Shown here: positions 37,368 through 46,826 of the stretch, piece by piece
Numbering within the stretch: position 1 is the stretch's first letter
Layout: each line of letters begins with the position of its first letter
Notes under the pieces: generated by a model
Seen by the model: only the letters and a program-made list of their open reading frames with translations
What the model was told of the DNA's origin: nothing
Databases searched by the model: none
Made by a program: the position numbers and the translations under genes
Assembly: GCA_963764165.1 (NCBI GenBank)
Contig: CAVXRD010000002.1
Span: 1,344,001-1,408,000, forward strand
Direction of reading: 5' to 3'
DNA length: 64,000 bases
Source: an uncultured Verrucomicrobiae bacterium
GTDB taxonomy: Bacteria; Verrucomicrobiota; Verrucomicrobiia; Limisphaerales; Palsa-1400

Positions 37368-37738
37368 TTCGCCCGGATAATTTCAGGAAGCGCAGGGGGT
37401 GGATGGTTTACGAATGCATCATAGCGATGGGAATTCTCGTGGCGGTTCTCGTCCCGATTAGCGTCTCCTTTATCAGCGAGCACCGCGCCTGCCGCGCTTC
37501 CTACAATCGCGCGGTGGCGATGGAATTGGTGGACGGCGAAATGGAAATTCTGCGGGCTGGCGATTGGCGGCGATTTGCGCGCGGCACGCAAGCATATCCG
37601 GTCACGGGAGCGGCGGCCAAAAACCTGCCGCCTGGTAAATTCGTATTGACTCTTGAGGAACACATCCTGCGCCTCGAATGGCTGCCGGACGGGAAGGATC
37701 AAGGTGGAAAGGTGACGCGTGAAACTGCGCTTCCGTAA
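37361..37738 (+). CDS. Minor pseudopilin-like protein
   Basis: Basic leader KRRG, then WMVYE (E5) and a hydrophobic helix. Confidence 0.7.
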   Translation: MVIRPDNFRKRRGWMVYECIIAMGILVAVLVPISVSFISEHRACRASYNRAVAMELVDGEMEILRAGDWRRFARGTQAYPVTGAAAKNLPPGKFVLTLEEHILRLEWLPDGKDQGGKVTRETALP

Positions 37739-38387
37739 ACCGACCCCAATTTCCATGCCGAGCGTCTCTGCCGGAGCGCGGCTGTGTCGAAGACCAGCCG
37801 CAGCAACGTCGGAATTACGTGGCGCGTCTCTCGTTCTTGGATGGCTGCGGCTGGTCTTTGACACAGCCGCGCTCCGTCTTGGGATCCGCGCGGCCCCCTG
37901 TGGAGGCACGCCCGTGAATAGCCCAGCAAGCGCCGCCATGGGCGGTTATCTGATGTTGGAGATGCTGGTTTTCATGGCGCTGTCGGTTGTGATTTTGGGA
38001 ATCGCCGGGTCGGCCTATTGGCGCTGCGTCGATAATTCAAAGCAGCTCCAGCGCAACGCCGAGGACATTCTGGCCGCCGTCGACGCGGGAGAACGCTGGC
38101 GGTCTGATATCCGTTTGGCCGAAAGCGTGGTCGCGGAAACAAATTTGGTCACATTAACGCAGGCTGGCGACACCGTGGAATATCGTTTCGATCACGACGC
38201 GATCTGGCGGCATTCCTCGCGTTCAAACCAAACGATTCGCCTGCTGGCCAATGTCAAATCTTCCTCGATGCAAAGCGAGGCGAGAGCGCAGATTCACGCA
38301 TGGCGGTGGGAAATTGAATTGCAATCCCGCAAAAAGCCGCCGTTTTTGCATCCGCTGTTTACCTTCAAAGCCGTTGCAGCCAAATGA
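37719..38387 (+). CDS. Minor pseudopilin-like protein; leader contains a REP element
   Basis: G/YLMLEMLV prepilin motif. The GTG start overlaps the upstream stop; an alternative ATG lies at 37937. Confidence 0.7.
   Translation: MKLRFRKPTPISMPSVSAGARLCRRPAAATSELRGASLVLGWLRLVFDTAALRLGIRAAPCGGTPVNSPASAAMGGYLMLEMLVFMALSVVILGIAGSAYWRCVDNSKQLQRNAEDILAAVDAGERWRSDIRLAESVVAETNLVTLTQAGDTVEYRFDHDAIWRHSSRSNQTIRLLANVKSSSMQSEARAQIHAWRWEIELQSRKKPPFLHPLFTFKAVAAK
37772..37876. repeat. REP-like family A inverted repeat (105 bp)
   Basis: 33-bp arms CGGAGCGCGGCTGTGTCGAAGACCAGCCGCAGC and its near-perfect reverse complement. Confidence 0.85.
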
Positions 38388-38551
38388 AAATCCAGCGCGC
38401 AACAAAAGATCGAGGTTCGGTAACGATCATCATATTGATTTTCCTGGCGTTGATGGCCGTCATCATTGTCAGCAATAATTTGGCCCTCGATCATCTCGAC
38501 AAGAATCTGCGCGCGATTGAGAAAAAACAACAGCGAGCCAAACTTAGGTAG
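38384..38551 (+). CDS. Short PilX/GspK-like pilin (55 aa)
   Basis: MKIQRATKDRG/SVTIIILIFLAL, no E5. ATGA-coupled to the upstream gene. Below the ORF-track length cutoff. Confidence 0.65.
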   Translation: MKIQRATKDRGSVTIIILIFLALMAVIIVSNNLALDHLDKNLRAIEKKQQRAKLR

Positions 38552-38601
38552 GGACGCCTCGCCGAGATTGTCTCAAAACTTCTGTTTTTTGAGGAATGTA
38601 T

Positions 38602-38631
38602 TTGACAATATGTGAGCCTTTAGTTGACAAT
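38602..38631 (+). promoter_or_regulatory. Putative transposase promoter
   Basis: TTGACAAT occurs twice (38602, 38624) just upstream of the transposase ATG. Confidence 0.4.
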
Positions 38632-38645
38632 GCCGTTCAACAAAT

Positions 38646-40106
38646 ATGGCTCAACCGATTGCCCCTGATTACGGACAGCAGTTCCTCCTCCCGCCCGCCC
38701 TGGAGGACTGGGTGTCCGCCGACCATCCCGCCCGCTTCCTGCGCGAATTTGTCGACCAGTTGGATCTGCCCCAGCTTGGGTTTGTCATTCCCGCCGCCGC
38801 CGAAGGCCGTCCGCCCTATGCCCCCAGCCTCCTGCTCAAGATTTGGCTTTACGGTTATTTCCACCGCATTCGCTCCACCCGCAAGCTGGAAACCGCCTGC
38901 ACGGAGCATGTCTTGCTGCTGTGGCTGACGGGGCTCAACGCCCCCGACCACAACAGCCTCTGGCGGTTCTGGGACGGAAACAAAAAGGCCCTGCGCCAGG
39001 TTTTCAAGCAAACCGTGCAGCTGGCCCTCCGCACCGGGGCGGTGGGATTTGCCTTGCAAGCGTTGGACGGCACCAAGATTCAAGCCGCCTGCAGCGGGCC
39101 GCAGGGCTGGAGCAAGGTTTACATGGAGAAGCTCCTGGCCCAGCTGGATGGCGCCTTGGAGGAAATCGAGCTCAAAGTCGTGGCGGAGAACCAGGATTCC
39201 AGCGCACCGGGCTGCCGGCTGCCCGCCGGGTTGGCCCAGCGCCAGGCCCTGCGCGAGGAAATCAAAAAAGGCCTGGCCCAGCTGCAGGCCGACGGGCGCC
39301 ACCATTACCATCCAGCCGAACCGGAGGCGCGCCGGATGAAAGTCGGCGACACCAACCGCTTTGCCTACAACGCCCAGGCGGTGGCCGACAGCCAGGAGGG
39401 CATCATGGTCGCCTGTCAAGCCACCCGCCAGGAAACCGACGCCGGCCAGCTGGTCCCCATGATTGAAGAAGCGAGGCAAAACCTCGGTCCGGCGGCCATT
39501 CCAACCCTCACCGCCGCCGACGCCGGCTATGGGGGCGGGGCCGACTTGAAAGCGGCCGTGGAACAGCAGATGAATGTGCTGGCCCCGCCGGCGGAGGGCA
39601 AGCCAGCCCACGACAACGCCTACGCGACGCAGCATTTTCATTATGACGAGGCGGCCCACACCGTCACCTGCCCGCAAGAGCGCCTTCTGGACCACGAAGG
39701 CCAGACCACCAAGAAAGGCCAGACCGTTGAGCGCTTCCGCTGCCATCACCGAGACTGTCCCGTGCGCGCCCTCTGCAGCCGCGATCCCAAAGGGCGGCAA
39801 GTCGAAGTGTGGCCGCACACCACGCTGGTGCAAGCCATGCGGGCCCGGCTGCAAGAGCCAGGACCCGCCGCGCTTTATGGAAAGCGCAAAGAGATCATCG
39901 AACGCCGGTTTGGGCAGCTCAAGCAACACGACGGCTTTCGGCGTTGGACAGTTTGGGGTCTGGAAGCCGTGCAAGCCCAATGGGCCTTGTTATGCGCCAC
40001 CTTGAACCTGCGAATCCTCTATAAAAAGTGGCAGGCCCGGGTCCAGACGCCGAAAATGGAAGTCAAAACCGCCGCGGTTGAAGGAAATTTGGCGATGGCG
40101 GCCTAA
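38646..40106 (+). CDS. IS1182-family DDE transposase
   Basis: DHPAR, GRPPY.P.LLLKIWLYGY..IRSTRKLE (DUF772-like), DGTKI, YNAQ, ADAGY and IERRFGQLK. Confidence 0.93.
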   Translation: MAQPIAPDYGQQFLLPPALEDWVSADHPARFLREFVDQLDLPQLGFVIPAAAEGRPPYAPSLLLKIWLYGYFHRIRSTRKLETACTEHVLLLWLTGLNAPDHNSLWRFWDGNKKALRQVFKQTVQLALRTGAVGFALQALDGTKIQAACSGPQGWSKVYMEKLLAQLDGALEEIELKVVAENQDSSAPGCRLPAGLAQRQALREEIKKGLAQLQADGRHHYHPAEPEARRMKVGDTNRFAYNAQAVADSQEGIMVACQATRQETDAGQLVPMIEEARQNLGPAAIPTLTAADAGYGGGADLKAAVEQQMNVLAPPAEGKPAHDNAYATQHFHYDEAAHTVTCPQERLLDHEGQTTKKGQTVERFRCHHRDCPVRALCSRDPKGRQVEVWPHTTLVQAMRARLQEPGPAALYGKRKEIIERRFGQLKQHDGFRRWTVWGLEAVQAQWALLCATLNLRILYKKWQARVQTPKMEVKTAAVEGNLAMAA

Positions 40107-40397
40107 AAAAGGAGGGAAAGGGAAGCTTGGCGTCATCGCTGACGCCAGCCACGCTCTGACAACTAAAAGTTGACACCCGTTTCCACAGCCCCTATTGGTG
40201 CCCATATAACCAGATCGGCCAGACTAAAACGTTTTGAGACAGTCTCCGCCGAGGCGTCCGGGGACTTTCGCGAGTCCGAACGCGTTCGAACGACAATACG
40301 CCCTCGGACGCCTCGGCGAGGCGTCCCTACCTTTAAGAGTGACTAAATTTCTGCTTGAAGGCTTGTTCCGCGCGGCGGAATACTCGCGTATCTAATT

Positions 40398-41558
40398 ATG
40401 AAATCGGTCCGGCTCGGCATCATCGGCATGGGAAATATCGGGACGCACCACGCCGGGTATTTGCTGGCGGGCAAGGTGAACCGCTGCGAACTGGCCGCGG
40501 TCTCCAATCGATCTCCTGAAAAACTGGCTTCTTTTCAAGAGCGCGGGCTGAAAATTTTTTCCGATGCCGAGGCGCTCATCCGTTTCGGTGACGTTGATGC
40601 CGTCATTATTGCCACCCCGCATTATCAACACACTTCGCTTGGCATCGCCGCGCTTGAAGCCGGGCTGCATGTGATGGTTGAGAAACCAATCTCCGCCCAT
40701 AAAGCGGATGCCGAACGGCTGATTGCGGCGCGGCGCGCGCATCCGAAACAAGTCTTTGCCGCGATGTTTCAAATGCGGACGGAGCCGCGTTATGCCCGGA
40801 TTAAAAACATGATTGACAGAGGCGAGCTTGGCCGGATCACGCGCTTTTCGTGGATCATCACCGAATGGTTCCGCACCGAAGCCTACTATGCGAGCGGCGG
40901 CTGGCGCGCGACATGGCGCGGCGAGGGCGGCGGCGTGCTCATCAATCAATGCCTCCACCAACTCGACACGCTGCAATGGCTGCTGGGAATGCCATCGCGC
41001 GTCCGCTCATTCGTTCAGTTGGGCCGCTTTCATAACATCGAGGTCGAGGACGATGTAACCTCTTATCTGGAATTTTCTGGCGGTGCGAACGGCATTTTTG
41101 TCTCCACAACCGGGGAAGCGCCCGGATCGAATCGATTGGAAATTATCGGCGAAATGGGAAAATTGCTTTTGGAAAACGACAAGCTCGTCTTTTATCGCAA
41201 CGAAGTTTCGATGATCGCGCAAAACAAAACATCGCCACTCGGCTTTCAAAAGCCGGCGGTGACGCTCGTTGAAATTCCCTTCACCAACGAACCCGCCCAG
41301 CACTCCACGCTCATGCAAAATTTTGTGGACGCGATTCTCGACGGCGCGCCGCTGATCGCGCCGGGTGAAGAAGGCATTCATTCCATCGAACTCGCCAACG
41401 TGATGTTGTATTCCGGACTGATAAACCAGACCGTTGAATTGCCTCTCGACGGCGCGGCCTACGAAAAGAAACTAAACGAGTTGATCGCCGCCTCGAAATT
41501 CGAGAAAAAAGTGGTAAAGGTTTCCAATGAGGATTTCACCAAGTCCTTCATGCGTTGA
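40398..41558 (+). CDS. Gfo/Idh/MocA oxidoreductase
   Basis: GIIGMGNIG, ATPH, HVMVEKP and GGGVLINQCLHQLD. Confidence 0.93.
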   Translation: MKSVRLGIIGMGNIGTHHAGYLLAGKVNRCELAAVSNRSPEKLASFQERGLKIFSDAEALIRFGDVDAVIIATPHYQHTSLGIAALEAGLHVMVEKPISAHKADAERLIAARRAHPKQVFAAMFQMRTEPRYARIKNMIDRGELGRITRFSWIITEWFRTEAYYASGGWRATWRGEGGGVLINQCLHQLDTLQWLLGMPSRVRSFVQLGRFHNIEVEDDVTSYLEFSGGANGIFVSTTGEAPGSNRLEIIGEMGKLLLENDKLVFYRNEVSMIAQNKTSPLGFQKPAVTLVEIPFTNEPAQHSTLMQNFVDAILDGAPLIAPGEEGIHSIELANVMLYSGLINQTVELPLDGAAYEKKLNELIAASKFEKKVVKVSNEDFTKSFMR

Positions 41559-41564
41559 TTTATT

Positions 41565-42446
41565 ATGATTCTCACCGGCATTGCGGATGAAGCGGGCGTC
41601 GCCCTCGACGCGCAGATTGCGGCCACGCGCGAACTCGGCTGGAAATATGTCGAGATGCGGGCAGTGGAAGTGCCGGGATTCGCCAAGGGAAATTTCCACG
41701 ACATTCCTGACAAGGCGTTTGATATCGCGGTCGGCAAGCTGGATGAGGCGGGCTTGAAGGTTTATTGCTTCGGCTCCGCCATCGCCAATTGGTCCAAGAA
41801 AATCTCCGATCCGTTCGACATTACCGTGGACGAAGTAAAACGCTGCATTCCCCGGATGCAACGTGTCGGCGCAAAGTTCGTCCGCATCATGAGCTACAAG
41901 CCGGGCGATGACGAAGCCACCACGCCTCCAGAGGTTTTTCGCAGAATCGCCGAAGTGACGCGCATGTTTTGCGATGCAGGGTTGCAGCCGGTGCATGAGA
42001 ATTGCATGAACTACGGCGGGATGAGCTGGCGGCACGGATTGGAATTGCTGGAAAAGTGCCCCGGCTTGAAGTGGGTATTTGACACGGGGAATCCGATGCT
42101 CAATCCCGACCGCAGCAAGCCCAAACCGTGGCCGAGGCAGGACGCGTGGGAATTCTGGGAGCATATTCGCGATCATGTCGCGCACATTCATGTGAAGGAT
42201 GCCACCTATGTTCCTTCGAAAAACGATTGCGATTATGAGTATCCCGGCCACGGCCAGGGAAGGGTGCGCGACATATTGGCCGACGCCTTTGCGCGCGGTT
42301 ACGACGCGGGCATTTCGATAGAGCCGCACGTCGCGGTGGTGTTTCACGACGCCTCGGTGAAAGCAAATCCAAAGGATGTATTTGACAGCTATATTCGGTA
42401 CGGCCGCGAGCTGGAAAAGATGATTGGCGAAATTAAGTCGGCGTAA
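41565..42446 (+). CDS. Sugar phosphate isomerase/epimerase (TIM barrel)
   Basis: GIADEA, HEN, FDTGN, HIHVKD and SIEPH. Confidence 0.88.
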   Translation: MILTGIADEAGVALDAQIAATRELGWKYVEMRAVEVPGFAKGNFHDIPDKAFDIAVGKLDEAGLKVYCFGSAIANWSKKISDPFDITVDEVKRCIPRMQRVGAKFVRIMSYKPGDDEATTPPEVFRRIAEVTRMFCDAGLQPVHENCMNYGGMSWRHGLELLEKCPGLKWVFDTGNPMLNPDRSKPKPWPRQDAWEFWEHIRDHVAHIHVKDATYVPSKNDCDYEYPGHGQGRVRDILADAFARGYDAGISIEPHVAVVFHDASVKANPKDVFDSYIRYGRELEKMIGEIKSA

Positions 42447-42482
42447 GTTTGGCCAGATCACTGCAGCCCGAGCCGCCGGAGA

Positions 42483-42697
42483 GCCAGAGGCGCGGCATCT
42501 TTATAGAAGTCAAACCCGAACCAAACTGTTAAGCCCCGTCAGGGGCGGCATAGACGGCAATGATTCATCGGCTGCCTAAGAGACGCATCGCGGATCGTCA
42601 ATCAGACTGAAGCTTTTGCCACACGCGGAAGATGCCGCTCATGACGGAGCTTGGATTATTTTTTTGGCCGTTTCTACAAAGATGCCGCGCCTCTGGC
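42483..42697. repeat. Nested inverted-repeat element (REP-like family E)
   Basis: 26-bp outer arms GCCAGAGGCGCGGCATCTTT(A/G)TAGAA with 1 mismatch, plus inner arms AAGC(C/T)CCGTCA..GCGGCAT. Confidence 0.75.
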
Positions 42698-42859
42698 GCT
42701 GAGCAGCTGCGGGAGCAACCTAAGTGCTTGTTTGTTTTATCCTGTTCATCCTGTCAAAATTTGGATAACTCTGATCGTCAATTACAAAGATGCGGCCATT
42801 TTATTCTGGCGCCAGCGCCTGAATGGCTGTTGTCTGGGTTGCACGAAAGGATACACACC

Positions 42860-44481
42860 ATGATGACCAGCAAATTTGCCCATCGAGCGATTGCCACGTT
42901 TTCAACCGCGTTGCTATTATTGGCCGGTTGCGACAAGAAAGAGGCGCCGGCCACCACGGCTCCCCCCCGCCGGCCGCCTCCAAACCGTCCGTAGTTTCCG
43001 CCGAGAAGAATAGCTTCAATGAGGTCACATCGAAGTTGGATGCGGGGGGCAGTTTCTACATGTATGTCAGCACCGAGCAGTTCATCGCCAATCTGAAGAC
43101 CGGCCTGGCGAGCGGCAGCAATATCATGGCTTCGCTGCCCACGATTCCCAGCGCGCAGCGTCCAATCATTGGAAGGGCATTTGGTGTCTTCGAGGGCATT
43201 CTTGATGAAAGCGGACTGGCCGATATTTCCGGGGTCGGCATGAGTTCCGTCGCGCGCGAGAAACATTTCTACTACAACAAGGTCGTCCTTCATCATTACA
43301 AGGGGCAGGGCAAAGGGCCGATATGGGCGCTCTTCGGCAAGGCCGCGCATCCTTTGGAAATCATCGATTATCTGCCAGCCGACACGGCCATCGCCGGAAG
43401 CTCGGATTTCGATGCGGCGCTGATGTGGTCCAATATCGTGAGCGTCACGGAGTCAATGGGTGTGCCAGACGTTTCGAAAGAGTTGGATAAAACTCCCGCG
43501 CAGTTCATGGAGCAAACTGGCTTGAATTGGGACGCCACCTTGAAATCTCTTGGCAACGAATATGGCGCCGTCCTGACGTTGGATGAGGCGAAGAAAGTGA
43601 CCCTGCCTTTGGGCAAGGATTCGGTCGAAATCCCCAGTCCCGCTTTGTGCCTGATTTTCAAGGTCAACTCCGACCTGATTTATGACCGCATCGTCATGGC
43701 GCTGGAGTCGAACGCGGTGGCTTCCAAGTTCGTCGTAAAAGCCGATGAGCCCGGCCTAAAGATGCGCACCGTCACGCTTCCCATTCCCTCGCCAGTCGAA
43801 GTTCGCCCCTCGGTGGCGCGGGTGGGAGATTACCTTCTCATCGCGAGCACGGATACTTTGATACGCAATATGGTCGCGGTCAAAAAAGGCGACAAAAAGG
43901 GATTCAAATCCACCGAGACGTTCAAGAAATTGTCGGAAGGCGTGCCGCTGGAAGGAAATAATTTTGCGCTCGTGACGGCCAAGCTTGGGCAGGCCTTCGC
44001 GCGCTTTGGGGAAAACGCGCTCGAATCGGCCCATGTGGATTCCGAATCGCTCAAGAACATTCACGACATGATGCAAACAAACTCCATTCCTGGCGCGTTC
44101 AGTGTCGGAGCCAACGGACCCGAGGGTTGGGTCGCGGTGGGCAACGGTGGCAGCGAAGGCGCCATGATGGTGCTGGTTCCGGCGTCATTCGTCACCGGAA
44201 CGCTGGCGGCGATTGCCATTCCGAATTTTGTGAAGGCGCGAACGACATCGCAACGGAATGCGTGCATTAATAATCTGCGGCTGATTGACGCGTCCAAAAA
44301 GGAATGGGCGCTGGAGAATAAAAAGCAGTCGACCGATGTTCCAACCGAGGCGGATGTGAAGCCGTTTATGGGACGCGGCGCCGCTGGCGAAATGCCGGTT
44401 TGCCCCCAAGGCGGGACCTATACCATTGGTTCTGTCGGCGAGAAGCCGCGTTGCAGCATTCCCGGCCATGAATTGCCTTGA
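42860..44481 (+). pseudogene. Lipoprotein with C-terminal pilin-like domain, frameshifted at a C7 tract
   Basis: Signal peptide and lipobox LLLAG/C in one frame, body in another. One extra C at 42962-42968 joins them. C-terminus LAAIAIPNFVKAR...CINNLRLID...CP.GG.Y. Confidence 0.75.
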
Positions 44482-44493
44482 GGACTTGATTCC

Positions 44494-44605
44494 GGGGAGC
44501 GCACGCGCCCTCGCGTGCAGTGGTTGGCGCCCTCGCCAACCACGTTCCGAAAGGGCAATCGGCGAGGGCGCCGATTGTCAGCACGCGAGGGCGCGTGCGC
44601 TCCCC
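44494..44605. repeat. Long GC-rich hairpin (REP-like family D) between convergent genes
   Basis: GGGGAGCGCACGCGCCCTCGCGTGC...GCACGCGAGGGCGCGTGCGCTCCCC with inner GGCGCCCTCGCC/GGCGAGGGCGCC. Confidence 0.8.
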
Positions 44606-44652
44606 AGGCAAATGGTCCAGATCAACACCGCCCGCGCCGCTTTCGGGTCGGC

Positions 44653-45216
44653 TTAATTCGTGAGCGGCGCGCCGACGTTGATATTGTTTTTCAGGCAGAA
44701 CGCGCCGTTGGCGACGTACTTCTCCGCCCAATACTTCAAGCCGCCGCGCTCTTCGGCTGTCAGCGACCGAACCACCTTCGCAGGAGAGCCGAGAACCATC
44801 GAGCCTGCTGGAATTTTCGAGTGCTGCGTCACCAGCGCTTTCGCCCCGATGATGCACTGCTCGCCAATTTCCGCCCCGTCCAAAACCACGGCGCCCATGC
44901 CAATCAGGCATTCGTTCCCGACGGTGCAGGCGTGGACAATGGCGGAATGCCCGACCGTAACGTAGTCCCCGAGAATGCACGGGAAATCATCCGCCAGATG
45001 CACGACGGCGTTGTCCTGCACGTTGCTGCCTTTGCCGATCACGATCTTGTTGATGTCGCCGCGAAGCACCGCATTATACCAAACACTCGCGCCATCTCCC
45101 AGGGTCACATCGCCGACCACCACCGCCCCCCGCGCAATATAGACGTGGTGGCCAATGGTGGGCGGCTGCTTGAGATAGGCATCCAGCCGTTGTTCGAGTG
45201 ATGCGAACTGCTTCAC
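44653..45216 (-). CDS. Gamma-carbonic anhydrase family protein
   Basis: VVVGDV, VWYNAVLRGD, NVQD..VH and VGH.A.VH hexapeptide repeats. Confidence 0.92.
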   Translation of the reverse strand: MKQFASLEQRLDAYLKQPPTIGHHVYIARGAVVVGDVTLGDGASVWYNAVLRGDINKIVIGKGSNVQDNAVVHLADDFPCILGDYVTVGHSAIVHACTVGNECLIGMGAVVLDGAEIGEQCIIGAKALVTQHSKIPAGSMVLGSPAKVVRSLTAEERGGLKYWAEKYVANGAFCLKNNINVGAPLTN

Positions 45217-46439
45217 GCGTGCGCCAGTTTTTCGGGCGGTTTAATGGCCGGCGGGCTGAAGAACAAAGCCAGCGCCAGCGTTGCCGCCAGCGAAATACCT
45301 GCTGAAATCAGGAACAAGCTTTGCCAATCCGCCGTGCCATCGGCGGCGGTAAAGTGCGTCTTGAGTTTCGGGCAAATCGTATTCGCGGCGATGACGCCCG
45401 CACCCAAAATCATAAAGTTGAACAAACCCTGGGCGCTCGAACGGATATCCTTGGGGAAAAACTCATCCACAAAAATGTAAACGGCGGCAAAGAAAAACGC
45501 GTAGCAGATGCCGTGCAAAACAAACACCAGCACGATCAGCCCCGTTGCTTTCGGAAACAGAGCAAACACCGTAAACCGGACGACATGTCCGAAGATGCCG
45601 AGCGTCATGGTCCATTTCCACCCAAGGCGCTTCAGAGTGGCCGCGAGTATGGCCATCGTCAGAACTTCCGCCACCTGCCCGATGCTCATAATGGGCATGA
45701 TCCATTCCTGGCTGATGCCGACTGCCGGGCTGCCGAGGAACATTCCCGCCCAGTTGAAATAGACATTCAGCACGAAAGCATCAATCAGGGTCACGACCCA
45801 CAACACGAACACGAAAGGCTGCTTGAGCAAACGGAGCGATTCCGCAAGCGCAAATTTGTCCGTGCCAGACGCGGCCTTCCTTGGCGGCGTGTGCGGAAGC
45901 GTCAGACTCAGCGCAGCCAGCGCCAGCGACGCAATCCCGGCAATCATAAACGTGGCCCGCGCGATATTTGGATCCTCGGGGTGCGCCTTGGCCACGAAAT
46001 AAAACGGCCACGCCGCGAGAATCCAGCCGATTGTGCCGCCCATGCGGATCAGCCCGAAATCCTTGGAGTCCTTCAGATTGGAAAACGCGATGGCGTTGAC
46101 GATGGAAAGCGTCGGCACGTAAAGAAGGCAGTGAATCGTCATCAGCGCGAAGAATATGGGAAAGCTCTTGGTGAAGAATAACCCGACCATCGCCAGCCCT
46201 CCGACGAATTGGCTGAAGGCGAGGAATTTTTCGGCGGCAAAATTGCGGTCGGCAAATTGGTTGCTGAAAAACATCGCGATCAGCGCAGAAACGGGGAATG
46301 CGTTCAAGATGAGAATGCATTGCATGTCCGTAAATCCAATCGAGGGGAGGTATCCGAATATCAGCGGCAGCCACGCTCCCCAGATGACATATTCCAGGAC
46401 CATCATGATGAAGAGACGCCAGCGAACGGTTGTATTCAT
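45213..46439 (-). CDS. MFS transporter, NupG-like nucleoside:H+ symporter family
   Basis: IWGAW, ADR.F.AEK, IRMGGTIGWI, GQVAE and R.SAQGL. Confidence 0.88.
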   Translation of the reverse strand: MNTTVRWRLFIMMVLEYVIWGAWLPLIFGYLPSIGFTDMQCILILNAFPVSALIAMFFSNQFADRNFAAEKFLAFSQFVGGLAMVGLFFTKSFPIFFALMTIHCLLYVPTLSIVNAIAFSNLKDSKDFGLIRMGGTIGWILAAWPFYFVAKAHPEDPNIARATFMIAGIASLALAALSLTLPHTPPRKAASGTDKFALAESLRLLKQPFVFVLWVVTLIDAFVLNVYFNWAGMFLGSPAVGISQEWIMPIMSIGQVAEVLTMAILAATLKRLGWKWTMTLGIFGHVVRFTVFALFPKATGLIVLVFVLHGICYAFFFAAVYIFVDEFFPKDIRSSAQGLFNFMILGAGVIAANTICPKLKTHFTAADGTADWQSLFLISAGISLAATLALALFFSPPAIKPPEKLAHA

Positions 46440-46587
46440 TGCAGCCAGCGTAGAAGTTTGCCCGCCGCGGTTCAAGGGGCAAAAATGCGTTTTCCAGAAC
46501 TTTTCCGAGGAAAGTTTAGTTTACAAACCACATTATTCCCATTCATCCGGGTGAGATCAAATGCGGGTGATGCGCGCAGATTATCAG

Positions 46588-46710
46588 GCGGGGCGTGGCT
46601 GTGTCGAAGACCAGCCGCAGCGCGTTGAACCGACACGCGCGCCTGTTAATCCCAGCGTGCTGCGGCTGGTTCTTTGTCGCTTCGCTCCGTCGAACACAGC
46701 CGCGCTCCGC
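46588..46710. repeat. REP-like family A inverted repeat (degenerate right arm)
   Basis: GGCTGTGTCGAAGACCAGCCGCAGC...GCTGCGGCTGGT..ACACAGCCGCGCTCCG. Confidence 0.75.
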
Positions 46711-46826
46711 CTAATTGTGCGTGCGCATCACCCAATTCCAATCGCACTCCATTCCCATTCCTCCCATCCCCAAACGATGTTGTCGCAATTCCGCGACCCT
46801 TGCGTTACCGTGGCGCCGTTATATTT

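Larger units (their letters stand above)
38564..40246 (+). mobile_element. IS1182-family insertion sequence, copy 1 (1683 bp)
   Basis: Terminal IRs GAGATTGTCTCAAAAC / GTTTTGAGACAGTCTC. CGCC duplicated at 38560-38563 and 40247-40250. Confidence 0.92.
38546..40332. repeat. GTAG-type REP doublet (family B) interrupted by an IS
   Basis: AGGTAGGGACGCCTCGCC [IS] CGCCGAGGCGTCCG...CGGACGCCTCGGCGAGGCGTCCCTACCT. Confidence 0.85.

Noticed and set aside
40107..40246. Guide-RNA-like non-coding region at the IS right end
   Set aside because: I see no complementarity to the REP target, and IS1182 DDE enzymes are not known to be RNA-guided.
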